Origin: an uncultured Lachnospiraceae bacterium
GTDB lineage: Bacteria > Bacillota > Clostridia > Lachnospirales > Lachnospiraceae
NCBI GenBank assembly: GCA_964590945.1
Contig: CAZPXF010000001.1
Location: forward strand, 1 to 55,904
DNA length: 55,904 bases
Reading direction: 5' to 3'
Made by a program: the position numbers and the translations under genes. Positions 47,027-55,904 of this stretch are shown one piece after another. The notes under the pieces are model-generated. The model did not search any database. It was not told the origin of the DNA and worked only from the letters and a program-made list of their open reading frames with translations. The stretch's first letter is position 1, and the number at the start of each line of letters is the position of its first letter.

Positions 47027-47057
47027 AAATCCTTCCTCCAGTTATACGGTAATACTT

Positions 47058-47999
47058 TTATCTCTGTCCTTTGTCGTAAGGAATACCTTCTGCCTTCGGC
47101 GCCCGTGAATTTTTGGAGAACAACGCCAGTACAACAAGTGAAATAATATACGGAAGCATATTATATACCGTACTTGGCAAATGGAGCGCTGTCAGTATAT
47201 CGAATCCCGAGTACACATTGGAAAGCGCCCGGAACAGACCGAAAAGCAGAGCTGACAGTGCGATCAGTTTCGGTTTCCACTGACCAAAGATCATAACGGC
47301 CAGCGCAAGGAAGCCAAAGCCTGCGACGCCATTTTCAAATTTCCACTCGCTTACGCCGGCTGTGATATAAACGATTCCGCCAAGTCCGCCGAGAACGCCG
47401 GAGATCAGTACGCCCGCATAACGCATCCGGTAGACATTGATACCTACGGAATCAGCCGCCTGCGGATGCTCGCCGCAGGCCATCAGGCGAAGTCCGAATT
47501 TGGTCTTATACAACACAACATGCGAAACAGCCAGAAGCACAACCGCCAGTACCATGAACCAGCTCAGCTCAAATTTACCGATCTTTAATAACGAAAATGC
47601 CTTTTTCTGCTCAATATACTGGATCGCAGAAGAAACATTATTTACATTTTCAGACATATTGATCGCTTTCACAAATACGGTTGCCGCAGCGGTTCCGAGG
47701 AGGTTCATTGCCGTACCAACCAGCGTCTGATCCGCCTTGAAGTTGATCGCCGCCACTGCAAGAAGCAGCGAATAAATAACGCCAAAGATAACGCTTCCAA
47801 GGATAACGCCCAGGATCATAAGTACAGCCGGAAGGTTCGGCATCCCTCTCATAACCAGGGCTCCGCCAAGAGCGCCCATAACCATGACGCCTTCCAGTCC
47901 GAGATTGATAACTCCGCTGTGTTCCGAAAAACATCCGCCAAGCGCCACCAGCATCAGTACGCATGCGTAGATCAAAGTATATTGTAATAATAGTGCCAT
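47058..47999 (-). CDS. nupQ: BMP-family (nucleoside) ABC transporter permease
   Basis: 313-aa polytopic protein, second permease of a lipoprotein-ATPase-permease-permease set ordered as in B. subtilis nupNOPQ. Confidence 0.8.
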   Translation of the reverse strand: MALLLQYTLIYACVLMLVALGGCFSEHSGVINLGLEGVMVMGALGGALVMRGMPNLPAVLMILGVILGSVIFGVIYSLLLAVAAINFKADQTLVGTAMNLLGTAAATVFVKAINMSENVNNVSSAIQYIEQKKAFSLLKIGKFELSWFMVLAVVLLAVSHVVLYKTKFGLRLMACGEHPQAADSVGINVYRMRYAGVLISGVLGGLGGIVYITAGVSEWKFENGVAGFGFLALAVMIFGQWKPKLIALSALLFGLFRALSNVYSGFDILTALHLPSTVYNMLPYIISLVVLALFSKNSRAPKAEGIPYDKGQR

Positions 48000-49111
48000 T
48001 ACTTATTTCCTCCCTTCGTATCCTTCTTGACCGCTTTACCAATGCAATATTTGAAAAACAGAACAAAACTGCAGAAGTAAATGATGATGGAAGAAATCAA
48101 ATCTGATATCTGTGAACAGTAGACCATCTTGTCCACATAAGAGCCTCCGCTCGTAATATGCTGGATAAAGAATGCGGAGAACACACTTCCGATCGGATTC
48201 AATCCTCCAAGGAAAGCTGCCGCGATTCCGTTAAATCCCATGGCCGGAACTGCCGTCTGCGCGCAGGACCACTGTTCGATCCCGCTTAAATAGAGGAACG
48301 ATGCGCCAAGACCTGACAGACATCCCGCAATTACCATTGTAAGGATCATGTTTCTCTTCTCTTTCATACCTGCATATTTTGCGGCGTTTTTATTGAGTCC
48401 CGTTGCTTTTAATTCATATCCAAGTTTTGTCTTTTCCATCACGACCCATACGCAGATTGCAATGATGATTGCAAGCGGTATTGCGATCGTTACATACCGG
48501 TTGTCCGAGAAAAGATGCTGAAGTCCAAGGCCTGGTAGAATCGCCCCCGGACTGTTTGTCTTTAACGCCAGAGTGTATGTAGTTGTGGATTCCTTTACAT
48601 TTGTAAGAAGCATGTTGACTCCATATAAACTGATCCAGTTCAGCATAATACCGGCAATTACTTCATTAACATTGAGATATGCTTTCAATGCGCCTACGAT
48701 ACCGCCAAGGATCCCGCCGCCGATCATTGCTGCGATCACACATACGTACCATGGCATCTGAAAAGCAAGCGCAAGGTACAGGCTGATCCCTGCTCCGACA
48801 GCATACTGTCCGGATGCGCCGATATTGAACAGACCTACCTTATATGCGAAAAGGATGGATAATGTACACATCAGAAGCGGAGCTGTTTTGACAAGTGTAC
48901 TTCCAAAATACTCAAGCGCTACCGCAGGTCTTGGGAAATACAAAAAGTTCTTCAGGATCGATGCGATCGCCTTGCCTGCTCCGGCAGGATTGATAAACAG
49001 CAATACAATATAGCCGACAATTAATCCAAGCAAAATACATATAAGGGATGAAACTACTGACTGTACACCCGGATTTTCCAAAAAGCTTTTCCTTTGTGTT
49101 TTTGTATTCAT
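47999..49111 (-). CDS. nupP: BMP-family (nucleoside) ABC transporter permease
   Basis: 370-aa polytopic protein. Stop overlaps the next ATG (TAATG). Confidence 0.8.
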   Translation of the reverse strand: MNTKTQRKSFLENPGVQSVVSSLICILLGLIVGYIVLLFINPAGAGKAIASILKNFLYFPRPAVALEYFGSTLVKTAPLLMCTLSILFAYKVGLFNIGASGQYAVGAGISLYLALAFQMPWYVCVIAAMIGGGILGGIVGALKAYLNVNEVIAGIMLNWISLYGVNMLLTNVKESTTTYTLALKTNSPGAILPGLGLQHLFSDNRYVTIAIPLAIIIAICVWVVMEKTKLGYELKATGLNKNAAKYAGMKEKRNMILTMVIAGCLSGLGASFLYLSGIEQWSCAQTAVPAMGFNGIAAAFLGGLNPIGSVFSAFFIQHITSGGSYVDKMVYCSQISDLISSIIIYFCSFVLFFKYCIGKAVKKDTKGGNK

Positions 49112-49114
49112 TTC

Positions 49115-50641
49115 CTACACCTCCTGTCTCTTGGCGCCTGTCATATACAGCCCAAGCTCTTCCATTGTGACGTCCTCCGGTTTGAATTCTCCGACCAGCT
49201 CGCCCTCATACATAACCAGAATACGATCCGGTACGTCCATAACTTCATCCAGCTCAAGGCTGACAAGGAGAACGGCCTTTCCGGCGTCTCTCTGTTCAAT
49301 GAGCTGTTTGTGGATAAATTCGATCGCCCCGATATCCACGCCCCGGGTAGGCTGAACCGCGATCAGAAAATCAGGATCTTTATCGATCTCGCGCGCGATG
49401 ATCGCCTTCTGCTGATTTCCTCCGGACATGGCTCTTACTGTTGTGACCGCGCCCTGACCGGAGCGAACGTCATATTCGTCGATCAGTCGATTGGCATATT
49501 CGCGGATCTCTTTTCTCTTTAACATTCCGAACTTATCTGTAAATTTCGGCTCAAAATAGCGCTGCAAAACCATGTTATCTTCCAAAGAGTAATCCAGGAT
49601 CAGCCCATGCTTATGCCTGTCCTCCGGAATATGGCTCATACCGAGGACAGATCTTTGGCGGATGGATTCCTTTGTAACGTCTTTTCCATTCAGGGTAATA
49701 TTTCCGCTTTTGAGCGGTTCAAGCCCTGATAATCCATAAATCAGCTCTGTCTGACCGTTTCCGTCGATACCTGCGATACATACGATCTCCCCTTTACGTA
49801 CCTTGAAGCTTACATCATGAACCGCATCCTTTTTATTTCCGCCTGCAACAGTCATGTTTTTCGCCTCGAGCACAACATCGCCCGGAATGGAAGGTTTTTT
49901 ATCTACTTTAAAGCTTACGTCTCTTCCGACCATCATGGCGGAGAGTTTCTCCGGACTTGTATCTTTCGTCTCAACAGTTCCAACGTATTTTCCTTTTCTG
50001 AGGACCGTACATCTGTCCGCGACCTCCATGATCTCGTTCAGCTTATGGGAAATGAAAAGAATACTCTTACCTTCTTTTGCAAGTCCCCTCATAATATGCA
50101 TCAGTTCCGCAATTTCCTGAACTGTGAGTACCGCCGTAGGCTCATCAAAGATCAGGATCTCATTGTCGCGGTACAGCATCTTTAAAATCTCCGTTCTCTG
50201 CTGCATACCGACCGTGATATTTTCAACCAGCGCATCCGGCTCCACCTGCAGGTGATAACGCTGAGATAATTCCATCACTTTTTTTCTCGCCTCATCCTTT
50301 TTAAGCAGTCCGCCCTGCGTCGGCTCAACGCCAAGGATGATGTTGTCCAGAACTGAAAAACAATCGACCAGTTTAAAATGCTGGTGAACCATTCCGATGC
50401 CAAGATCATTCGCATCGTTTGGATTTTTGATATTCACTTTCTTCCCGTCTTTACGGATCTCGCCTTCTTCCGGCTGGTACAGTCCGAACAAAACACTCAT
50501 CAGAGTAGATTTGCCCGCACCATTCTCACCTAAAAGCGCATGAATTTCTCCTTTTTTTAACTGTAAGGTAATATTGTCATTTGCGATAATACCAGGAAAT
50601 CTCTTGGTAATATTCAACATCTCAACGGCATATTCTCCCAT
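49115..50641 (-). CDS. nupO: duplicated-ATPase ABC transporter ATP-binding protein
   Basis: 508 aa. Walker A GENGAGKST, signature LSGGNQQK, two NBDs. Confidence 0.9.
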   Translation of the reverse strand: MGEYAVEMLNITKRFPGIIANDNITLQLKKGEIHALLGENGAGKSTLMSVLFGLYQPEEGEIRKDGKKVNIKNPNDANDLGIGMVHQHFKLVDCFSVLDNIILGVEPTQGGLLKKDEARKKVMELSQRYHLQVEPDALVENITVGMQQRTEILKMLYRDNEILIFDEPTAVLTVQEIAELMHIMRGLAKEGKSILFISHKLNEIMEVADRCTVLRKGKYVGTVETKDTSPEKLSAMMVGRDVSFKVDKKPSIPGDVVLEAKNMTVAGGNKKDAVHDVSFKVRKGEIVCIAGIDGNGQTELIYGLSGLEPLKSGNITLNGKDVTKESIRQRSVLGMSHIPEDRHKHGLILDYSLEDNMVLQRYFEPKFTDKFGMLKRKEIREYANRLIDEYDVRSGQGAVTTVRAMSGGNQQKAIIAREIDKDPDFLIAVQPTRGVDIGAIEFIHKQLIEQRDAGKAVLLVSLELDEVMDVPDRILVMYEGELVGEFKPEDVTMEELGLYMTGAKRQEV

Positions 50642-50670
50642 TACGCTCTTCCTCCTTTATGAATCCCCCA

Positions 50671-51861
50671 TTACATGATTGATCCTTCTCTAATATTTAC
50701 ATTGACAGATACTTCCGGAACTTCGTCGATCGAATCGCTGATCTCGATTTCTCCATCGTAAATTTCCTGTACCATTTCACGATAATCATCTACTGTGAAA
50801 TCATCATTCCACTGCGTGCTTTCCTCCGGAAGACCTACGTAATTCAGATCCATATCTGTTCCTGATACGAGACCCAGATTTTCAATCTGTCCTACATGCT
50901 CCTCCCATGTATCTGTCACGATGATCGCATCAAGCATTGCGTAGATTGTAGCAGTCAGACCCTTCATGGCCGATGTGACTGTCATTCCTTCTTCGTATGC
51001 GTCGATGATCGGAGCCTGGTCACTGTCAACGCCGATGACTTTACCGCTTGTTTTTGCCGCAGCCTCCGCAGCCGACGTGAAAATTCCGCCTCCGCAGGCA
51101 AATACCACTTCCGTACCCTTGCTGTACCAGGTATCCATCGCAGCTGTGATCTCTGTGGAACCATAAAACTGTCCGCCGTATGCGTACTCTACACTTACTT
51201 CATCTGAAATACCAAGCGCTTCCGCCGCATCGTTGATTCCCTGAAGATACCCGTATCCATATCGCATAACTGCCGGAACGGCCTGCCCGCCAAGGAATCC
51301 AAGGCTACGATATCCAAGCATTACCGCAGTATATCCTGCCATATAGCCAGGAATCTCTTCCCGATAAACAGCACAGTATGTATTTCCTGTGTTGTAATAG
51401 TCAGAGGCTTCATATGCATCCGGATCATCGTAGTATTTACTGCCGACTGCAGCGGCAATAATATCGCCGGCGGTCATATCCAGAACAATAAATTTCACAT
51501 CCGGATATTTATAAGTTACTTCAACTAATGTTCCCGCAAAAATATATCCGGACATAACAATGATGTTATACCCTTCTGCAACTGCGACGTCGACCATGGC
51601 GATACGCGCATAATCCGTATCTCCATCCGGTTTTTTGTAAGTAAATTCGATATTATTTTCCGAACAGTATGCGGAACAAGCCTCATATGTCGTTTGATTA
51701 AATGACTGATCCGTAATATCTCCGGCGTCTGTGATCATTGCAACGCGATATTCGGAATCACCTGTTGCTGTATTCACTTCTGCAGTAGTTCCGCACGCCG
51801 TCAAAGACAGCATCATGGAAACTACAAGAAGTACAGATATCAGCTTTTTCATGTGCTTCAT
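50671..51861 (-). CDS. nupN: BMP-family substrate-binding lipoprotein (nucleoside-binding)
   Basis: 396 aa. Lipobox LSLTAC, DQSFNQ motif, BMP/PnrA-like fold. Confidence 0.85.
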   Translation of the reverse strand: MKHMKKLISVLLVVSMMLSLTACGTTAEVNTATGDSEYRVAMITDAGDITDQSFNQTTYEACSAYCSENNIEFTYKKPDGDTDYARIAMVDVAVAEGYNIIVMSGYIFAGTLVEVTYKYPDVKFIVLDMTAGDIIAAAVGSKYYDDPDAYEASDYYNTGNTYCAVYREEIPGYMAGYTAVMLGYRSLGFLGGQAVPAVMRYGYGYLQGINDAAEALGISDEVSVEYAYGGQFYGSTEITAAMDTWYSKGTEVVFACGGGIFTSAAEAAAKTSGKVIGVDSDQAPIIDAYEEGMTVTSAMKGLTATIYAMLDAIIVTDTWEEHVGQIENLGLVSGTDMDLNYVGLPEESTQWNDDFTVDDYREMVQEIYDGEIEISDSIDEVPEVSVNVNIREGSIM

Positions 51862-51880
51862 AGTTTTCCTCCTTAAACTT

Positions 51881-53071
51881 TTACTTCAAAAATGCAAGCA
51901 GGGATTCACCGATCGTATTCTCCGGCATAGCTACGCCAAAGTTATCTGCGATTGTTGCTCCTATCACTGCAAAAGTATCCTGTTCCGGTAATTCTCCATC
52001 TGAGATCATAGACTTAGAATATGCAAGAAACGGTACTTTCTCTCTGGTATGGTCTGTTCCTGTGTAGGTCGGATCATTCCCATGATCGGCCGTGATGATC
52101 AGAAGATCATCTTTTCTCAGAGCTTCCAGCAGAACGCCCAGTTTCTGATCAAAGGCTTCCAGTTCCTGTGCATATCCTTCCGGATTTCTTCTATGTCCCC
52201 ATTTTGCATCAAAATCAACCAGGTTTACAAAGCAAAGTCCTTTGAAATCTTTCCCGGTCAGATCGATCGTCTGATCCATGCCATGGACAGAGGATTTCGA
52301 CTTGTGCGCCTCTGTGATACCCTCTCCGTCAAAGATATCGACGATCTTTCCAACAGAGATCACATCATAGCCTGCATCCTGCAATGCATTCAGAGTGGTT
52401 CCTGACGTTGGCTTTAATGCATAATCATGCCGGTTGCTCGTGCGTTCAAATTCGCCCTTTTTCTTACCTACGTACGGCCTTGCGATCACACGTCCGACTC
52501 TCCATTCTTCCCGAAGGGTCAGCTCGCGTGCGATCTCGCAGCAGCGGTAAAGCTCCTTAAGGTCAAAGGTTTCCTCCTGTCCGCAGATCTGAAGTACCGA
52601 ATCTGCAGACGTGTAGACGATCATATGCCCCGTAGCAATCTCTTCTTCCCCAAACTCATCGATGATCTCTGTTCCGCTGGCGCTCTTATTTCCGATCACC
52701 TTATGGCCGGTGCGCTTTTCCAGCTCCTCGATCAGCTCCTCAGGAAAGCCATGCTCTGTGAACGTCTGGAACGGCTGCTTCGTCTCGATCCCCATCATTT
52801 CCCAGTGACCGGTCATCGTATCCTTTCCATTGCTTGTTTCCCTGAGAACCGCATGGTAACCAAGGGGATGCTCCAGAGCCTCGACCTGTTTTAACGGCGT
52901 AAGATTTGCCATTCCAAGCTTTTGTAAATTCGGAATCCGGAAGGTCTCAACAGACTCGGAGATATGTCCAAGGGTATTGACATTGCGGTCGCCGAATTTA
53001 TCCCCATCCGGCATTGTTCCAATGCCAAGCGAGTCGATTACGATCACAAAAATACGTTTATATTTACTCAT
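51881..53071 (-). CDS. deoB: phosphopentomutase
   Basis: ATG 53071 after [37 protein letters not shown]. Confidence 0.94.
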   Translation of the reverse strand: MSKYKRIFVIVIDSLGIGTMPDGDKFGDRNVNTLGHISESVETFRIPNLQKLGMANLTPLKQVEALEHPLGYHAVLRETSNGKDTMTGHWEMMGIETKQPFQTFTEHGFPEELIEELEKRTGHKVIGNKSASGTEIIDEFGEEEIATGHMIVYTSADSVLQICGQEETFDLKELYRCCEIARELTLREEWRVGRVIARPYVGKKKGEFERTSNRHDYALKPTSGTTLNALQDAGYDVISVGKIVDIFDGEGITEAHKSKSSVHGMDQTIDLTGKDFKGLCFVNLVDFDAKWGHRRNPEGYAQELEAFDQKLGVLLEALRKDDLLIITADHGNDPTYTGTDHTREKVPFLAYSKSMISDGELPEQDTFAVIGATIADNFGVAMPENTIGESLLAFLK

Positions 53072-53083
53072 ATTAAATCCCAC

Positions 53084-53503
53084 CTATTTTAAATTTTCGG
53101 AGCCAAATCCAAGCGGCAGCAGATCCTTTAATTTGAATACTTTATAATCATCTTCCCCGGTTGCGAGAATGATATCGAACTTTTCCGGATCGCAGAACTC
53201 CATCATAACCTGACGGCAGACGCCGCATGGAGCTGCATATCCGGTTAGTTTTCCATTTTTCCCACCTACAATACAGATTGCCCGAAAGTCCCTGACTCCC
53301 TCGCTGACAGCTTTAAAGAACGCGGTGCGCTCTGCGCAATTCGTCGGAGTGTAAGCTGCATTTTCAATATTGCATCCTGTGTATACAATCCCATTTTCAG
53401 CAAGCAGCGCCGCGCCAACCTTAAAGCCGGAATATGGCGTATATGAAAATTGTAACTGTCTGACTGCAATCTCAATCAGTTCCTGAATCTGTGCTTCTTT
53501 CAT
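53084..53503 (-). CDS. cdd: cytidine deaminase
   Basis: 139 aa. CAERTA and PCGVCRQ zinc motifs. Confidence 0.95.
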   Translation of the reverse strand: MKEAQIQELIEIAVRQLQFSYTPYSGFKVGAALLAENGIVYTGCNIENAAYTPTNCAERTAFFKAVSEGVRDFRAICIVGGKNGKLTGYAAPCGVCRQVMMEFCDPEKFDIILATGEDDYKVFKLKDLLPLGFGSENLK

Positions 53504-53518
53504 AGATAATGCCCTCTC

Positions 53519-54301
53519 TTATTTTCTGGATTTCTGATCTGCCTGGATCAAATCACGGATTGCCTCAACAGCGACACGGATCGCCATCTCCGTATCATGA
53601 ACAACCGGATTGTCGAGTCCTTCCTTTTCCCTCTCCTGGTTAGCCAGAACAAGGAAACAGGATCCGACTCTGACCCTCAGGCTGCTTCCTACAACAAATA
53701 ATGCTGCGGACTCCATTTCAGATGCAAGACATCCCAGTCTCTTCCATGCCTCCCACTTGTTAAGCAGCTCGTAGCTGACCGGTTTCGTCTCCGGGGAATG
53801 CTGTCCATAGAAGGAATCCTTGCACTGTACGACCCCGACATGATAATTCTGTTCCAGCTTCCCGGCTGCCTGAACAAGCGCATTCACCACCTGAATATCT
53901 GCGACCGCCGGGAATTCGATCGGTGCGTATTCCCTGCTTGTTCCCTCCATCCGGATGGCTCCATTTGCAATTACAATATCGCCGCTCTTGACATCTGTCT
54001 GCATTCCTCCGCATGTACCGATGCGGATAAATGTATCTGCCCCCGACATCACAAGCTCTTCCATTGCAATCGATGCAGACGGTCCGCCGATACCTGTTGA
54101 TGTTACGCTTACCTTCACCCCATCCAGATAACCCGTGTATGTAACATACTCTCTGCTGTCAGCAACCAGCTCTGCATTGTCAAATAAGCGCGCGATCTTT
54201 GCACAGCGTTTCGGATCTCCCGGTAATATTACGTATCGTCCGACGTCGCCCTGTCCGACCTGAATATGATACTGCTTATCTGCATTTTCTGAATAATTCA
54301 T
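53519..54301 (-). CDS. udp: uridine phosphorylase (PNP/UDP family 1)
   Basis: ATG 54301, 6 nt after GAGAGGTG (GTG 54310 is an alternative). [31 protein letters not shown]. Confidence 0.82.
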   Translation of the reverse strand: MNYSENADKQYHIQVGQGDVGRYVILPGDPKRCAKIARLFDNAELVADSREYVTYTGYLDGVKVSVTSTGIGGPSASIAMEELVMSGADTFIRIGTCGGMQTDVKSGDIVIANGAIRMEGTSREYAPIEFPAVADIQVVNALVQAAGKLEQNYHVGVVQCKDSFYGQHSPETKPVSYELLNKWEAWKRLGCLASEMESAALFVVGSSLRVRVGSCFLVLANQEREKEGLDNPVVHDTEMAIRVAVEAIRDLIQADQKSRK

Positions 54302-54427
54302 ATGATTCACCTCTCTTTATATTATATTTCATATAGTTTCATTTTACACAGATGCGAAAATGTGAAAAGGACTTAAGTCCTCGTTTGATGATTTACGTCG
54401 TTTTTTACAGTTTTATTTTTAATTTTT

Positions 54428-54442
54428 TGTGCATTTTGCACA
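54428..54442. promoter_or_regulatory. palindrome TGTGCA-TTT-TGCACA in the nucleoside operon upstream region (candidate operator)
   Basis: 6-bp arms and 3-nt spacer, about 125 nt upstream of the udp start. Statistically weak on its own. Confidence 0.3.
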
Positions 54443-54497
54443 TATATACCATTGCAACAGGAACCCCTACCGGAGTTCCCCTCTCATGCACGGCAGC

Positions 54498-54550
54498 AAA
54501 AATAAGGACAGCTATGCGCAGATCCTTTTACTCTGACACAAGCTGTCCTT
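54498..54550 (-). terminator. terminator after thrE
   Basis: AAGGACAGCT (54504-54513) / AGCTGTCCTT (54541-54550) 10-bp stem with a 27-nt loop. The minus strand then reads ATTTTT. Confidence 0.55.
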
Positions 54551-54598
54551 CCTGTTCATATTATATTTCCAATCGATCGACCGGTTCCATACCGGAAC

Positions 54599-55834
54599 CT
54601 ACGAGTGTTTCCCGATACGGTAATCTGTTTTTAATATTCTCATGATCGCCCTCGAAGCAACATCCACAATGATAAATCCGAATGCGATGGCGAGGCATGT
54701 TGCAACCAAAACGAGCGTCTCGGCGGACGCCATGTCCATATCCTGACTTACAAAACCATACATCATATAATAGAGATTCGCTCCCGGTATCAGCGGAAAT
54801 ACCGAAGCTGTCAGGAAGATTGTGGACGGCGCCATATTAATCCTGGCCATAATAAATGCATAAAATGCGACGAAAACCGCCGCCGTTAATGTTGCGACGA
54901 AATTGCTCGGCTTATAATAATATACCAAAACATAAATTCCCCATGTAAAAAATGCGCCGATACTTGAGAAAAACACCTGTCTTCCTCTGATCTTAAACCA
55001 AATAGCAAATCCCGTGCAGGCGATCGTACAGGAGATCAGCTGAACCGGAACGCTCTGATTTAAAACGTAGCTTTCCGCGGACACAGCGTTCAGCATAAGC
55101 ATCGCAAGAGCAATCCCGAACGCAATTCCGGCAGCGCCGAGGAAAGAATTCATAATGTTCAGGAACCCGGATATAAAATCCCTCTGCAGAAGATCACGGA
55201 TCCCATTCGTGGTTCCAAGCGCACTGATAAGGAGCATGACGATCCCGATCATAATTCTCTCCGGATGACTCCCGATTCCGAATCTTACCGCCTCAATGAT
55301 AAACGCCTCGGCAAGGAAAGCCAGAATCATGTTGTAGATCATCAGATTACTTTCACGCCTGCTCAGCCATTTCCCAACAACAACGATTATGAGCGATGCG
55401 ATGACCGCGACAACCGCATCCATAAGGTTGCATCCGAAGAAAACTGCGAACCCGGTTCCGCCCATGACGCCTGCAATATATCTTAAGGCCGGAGGCTGCT
55501 GTTCACGGTTCATGACTTCCAGATACTTCTCATGAAGCAGCTTCTCATCCGGCTTGTTCTGACAGACATATCTGGATAGATTATTCAGATAATCCAGCCG
55601 GTCGAAATCAAGGTCTGTCGATTCAATATGACGGATCTGCGTAATGATATCCCCATCCGGCGTCTCCACTGTAATCTGGATGTTGCTCGGTATTACATAG
55701 ACATCATAGTGAACAAATCCATAGCTTCTGCACATTCTGTAAAGGCTGTCCTCCAGTCTGAAATTTTCCGCGCCGCTCTGCAGCATAGCTTCACCAATAT
55801 CAAGAATTCCCTGTATGATCCTGTTATAATCCAT
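54599..55834 (-). CDS. thrE: threonine/serine exporter family protein (fused ThrE + ThrE_2 domains)
   Basis: ATG 55834 after GAGGGA. N-terminal DUF1212-type region (GAENFRLEDS) followed by about 10 TM helices. Confidence 0.8.
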   Translation of the reverse strand: MDYNRIIQGILDIGEAMLQSGAENFRLEDSLYRMCRSYGFVHYDVYVIPSNIQITVETPDGDIITQIRHIESTDLDFDRLDYLNNLSRYVCQNKPDEKLLHEKYLEVMNREQQPPALRYIAGVMGGTGFAVFFGCNLMDAVVAVIASLIIVVVGKWLSRRESNLMIYNMILAFLAEAFIIEAVRFGIGSHPERIMIGIVMLLISALGTTNGIRDLLQRDFISGFLNIMNSFLGAAGIAFGIALAMLMLNAVSAESYVLNQSVPVQLISCTIACTGFAIWFKIRGRQVFFSSIGAFFTWGIYVLVYYYKPSNFVATLTAAVFVAFYAFIMARINMAPSTIFLTASVFPLIPGANLYYMMYGFVSQDMDMASAETLVLVATCLAIAFGFIIVDVASRAIMRILKTDYRIGKHS

Positions 55835-55904
55835 ATATATATCCCTCAAGTGTATTGACTGTTCTATATCTATATCAATTTATCACTTCATATATATAAA
55901 GTCA

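Noticed and set aside
54311-54598. Purine or 2'-dG riboswitch, or a CcpA cre site, in the nucleoside operon leader.
   Set aside because: I scanned by eye for the purine aptamer cores and found no purine-riboswitch core motifs. I also scanned for TGNAANCGNTNNCA and found no convincing match.
1-55904. CRISPR arrays, tRNA or rRNA genes, IS elements, toxin-antitoxin pairs or known defence systems.
   Set aside because: None of these was seen. I found no repeat-spacer periodicity, no tRNA T-arm motifs in the intergenic gaps, and no transposase or defence-type domains in any ORF.

Overview
This is a core chromosomal segment of a Firmicute. Gene order looks Clostridia/Lachnospiraceae-like (mreBCD-PBP2-minCDE-rodA-mgsA; radical SAM-rng-rplU-prp-rpmA-obg; L27 with a Prp-cleaved N-extension). 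I found no rRNA, tRNA, CRISPR array, IS element or prophage. Left to right on the + strand: mutS-mutL-miaA-ynbB, two coupled FAD proteins, radC-mreBCD-PBP2-minCDE-rodA-mgsA-dacB, an orphan HlyD-like protein, ylmE-sepF, lspA-rluD, a cytidylate-kinase-like protein and dtd. At about 26.1 kb gene polarity flips. After that, on the - strand: a 353-aa Xer-type tyrosine recombinase, a YneA-like LysM protein divergent from lexA, rsfS-yqeK-nadD-yhbY, a PaaK-like ligase, obg-rpmA-prp-rplU, amidohydrolase-ybaK-rng-DUF2344-radical SAM, then rpiR and ald on +, then a 12-gene nucleoside uptake and catabolism operon plus a YgjV/GNAT fusion, and thrE. The most interesting call is the convergent strand switch (24 of 25 CDS on + to the left, 30 of 33 on - to the right). 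It carries a dif-like, near-palindromic site in the 58-nt gap next to the long Xer recombinase gene. I read this as a candidate replication terminus with a single-recombinase Xer/dif module. Second is the function-unknown radical SAM (TIGR03960-type) / DUF2344 / RNase G block, packed without intergenic space upstream of rplU-prp-rpmA-obg. All protein calls rest on motif recognition by eye; no database search was run.
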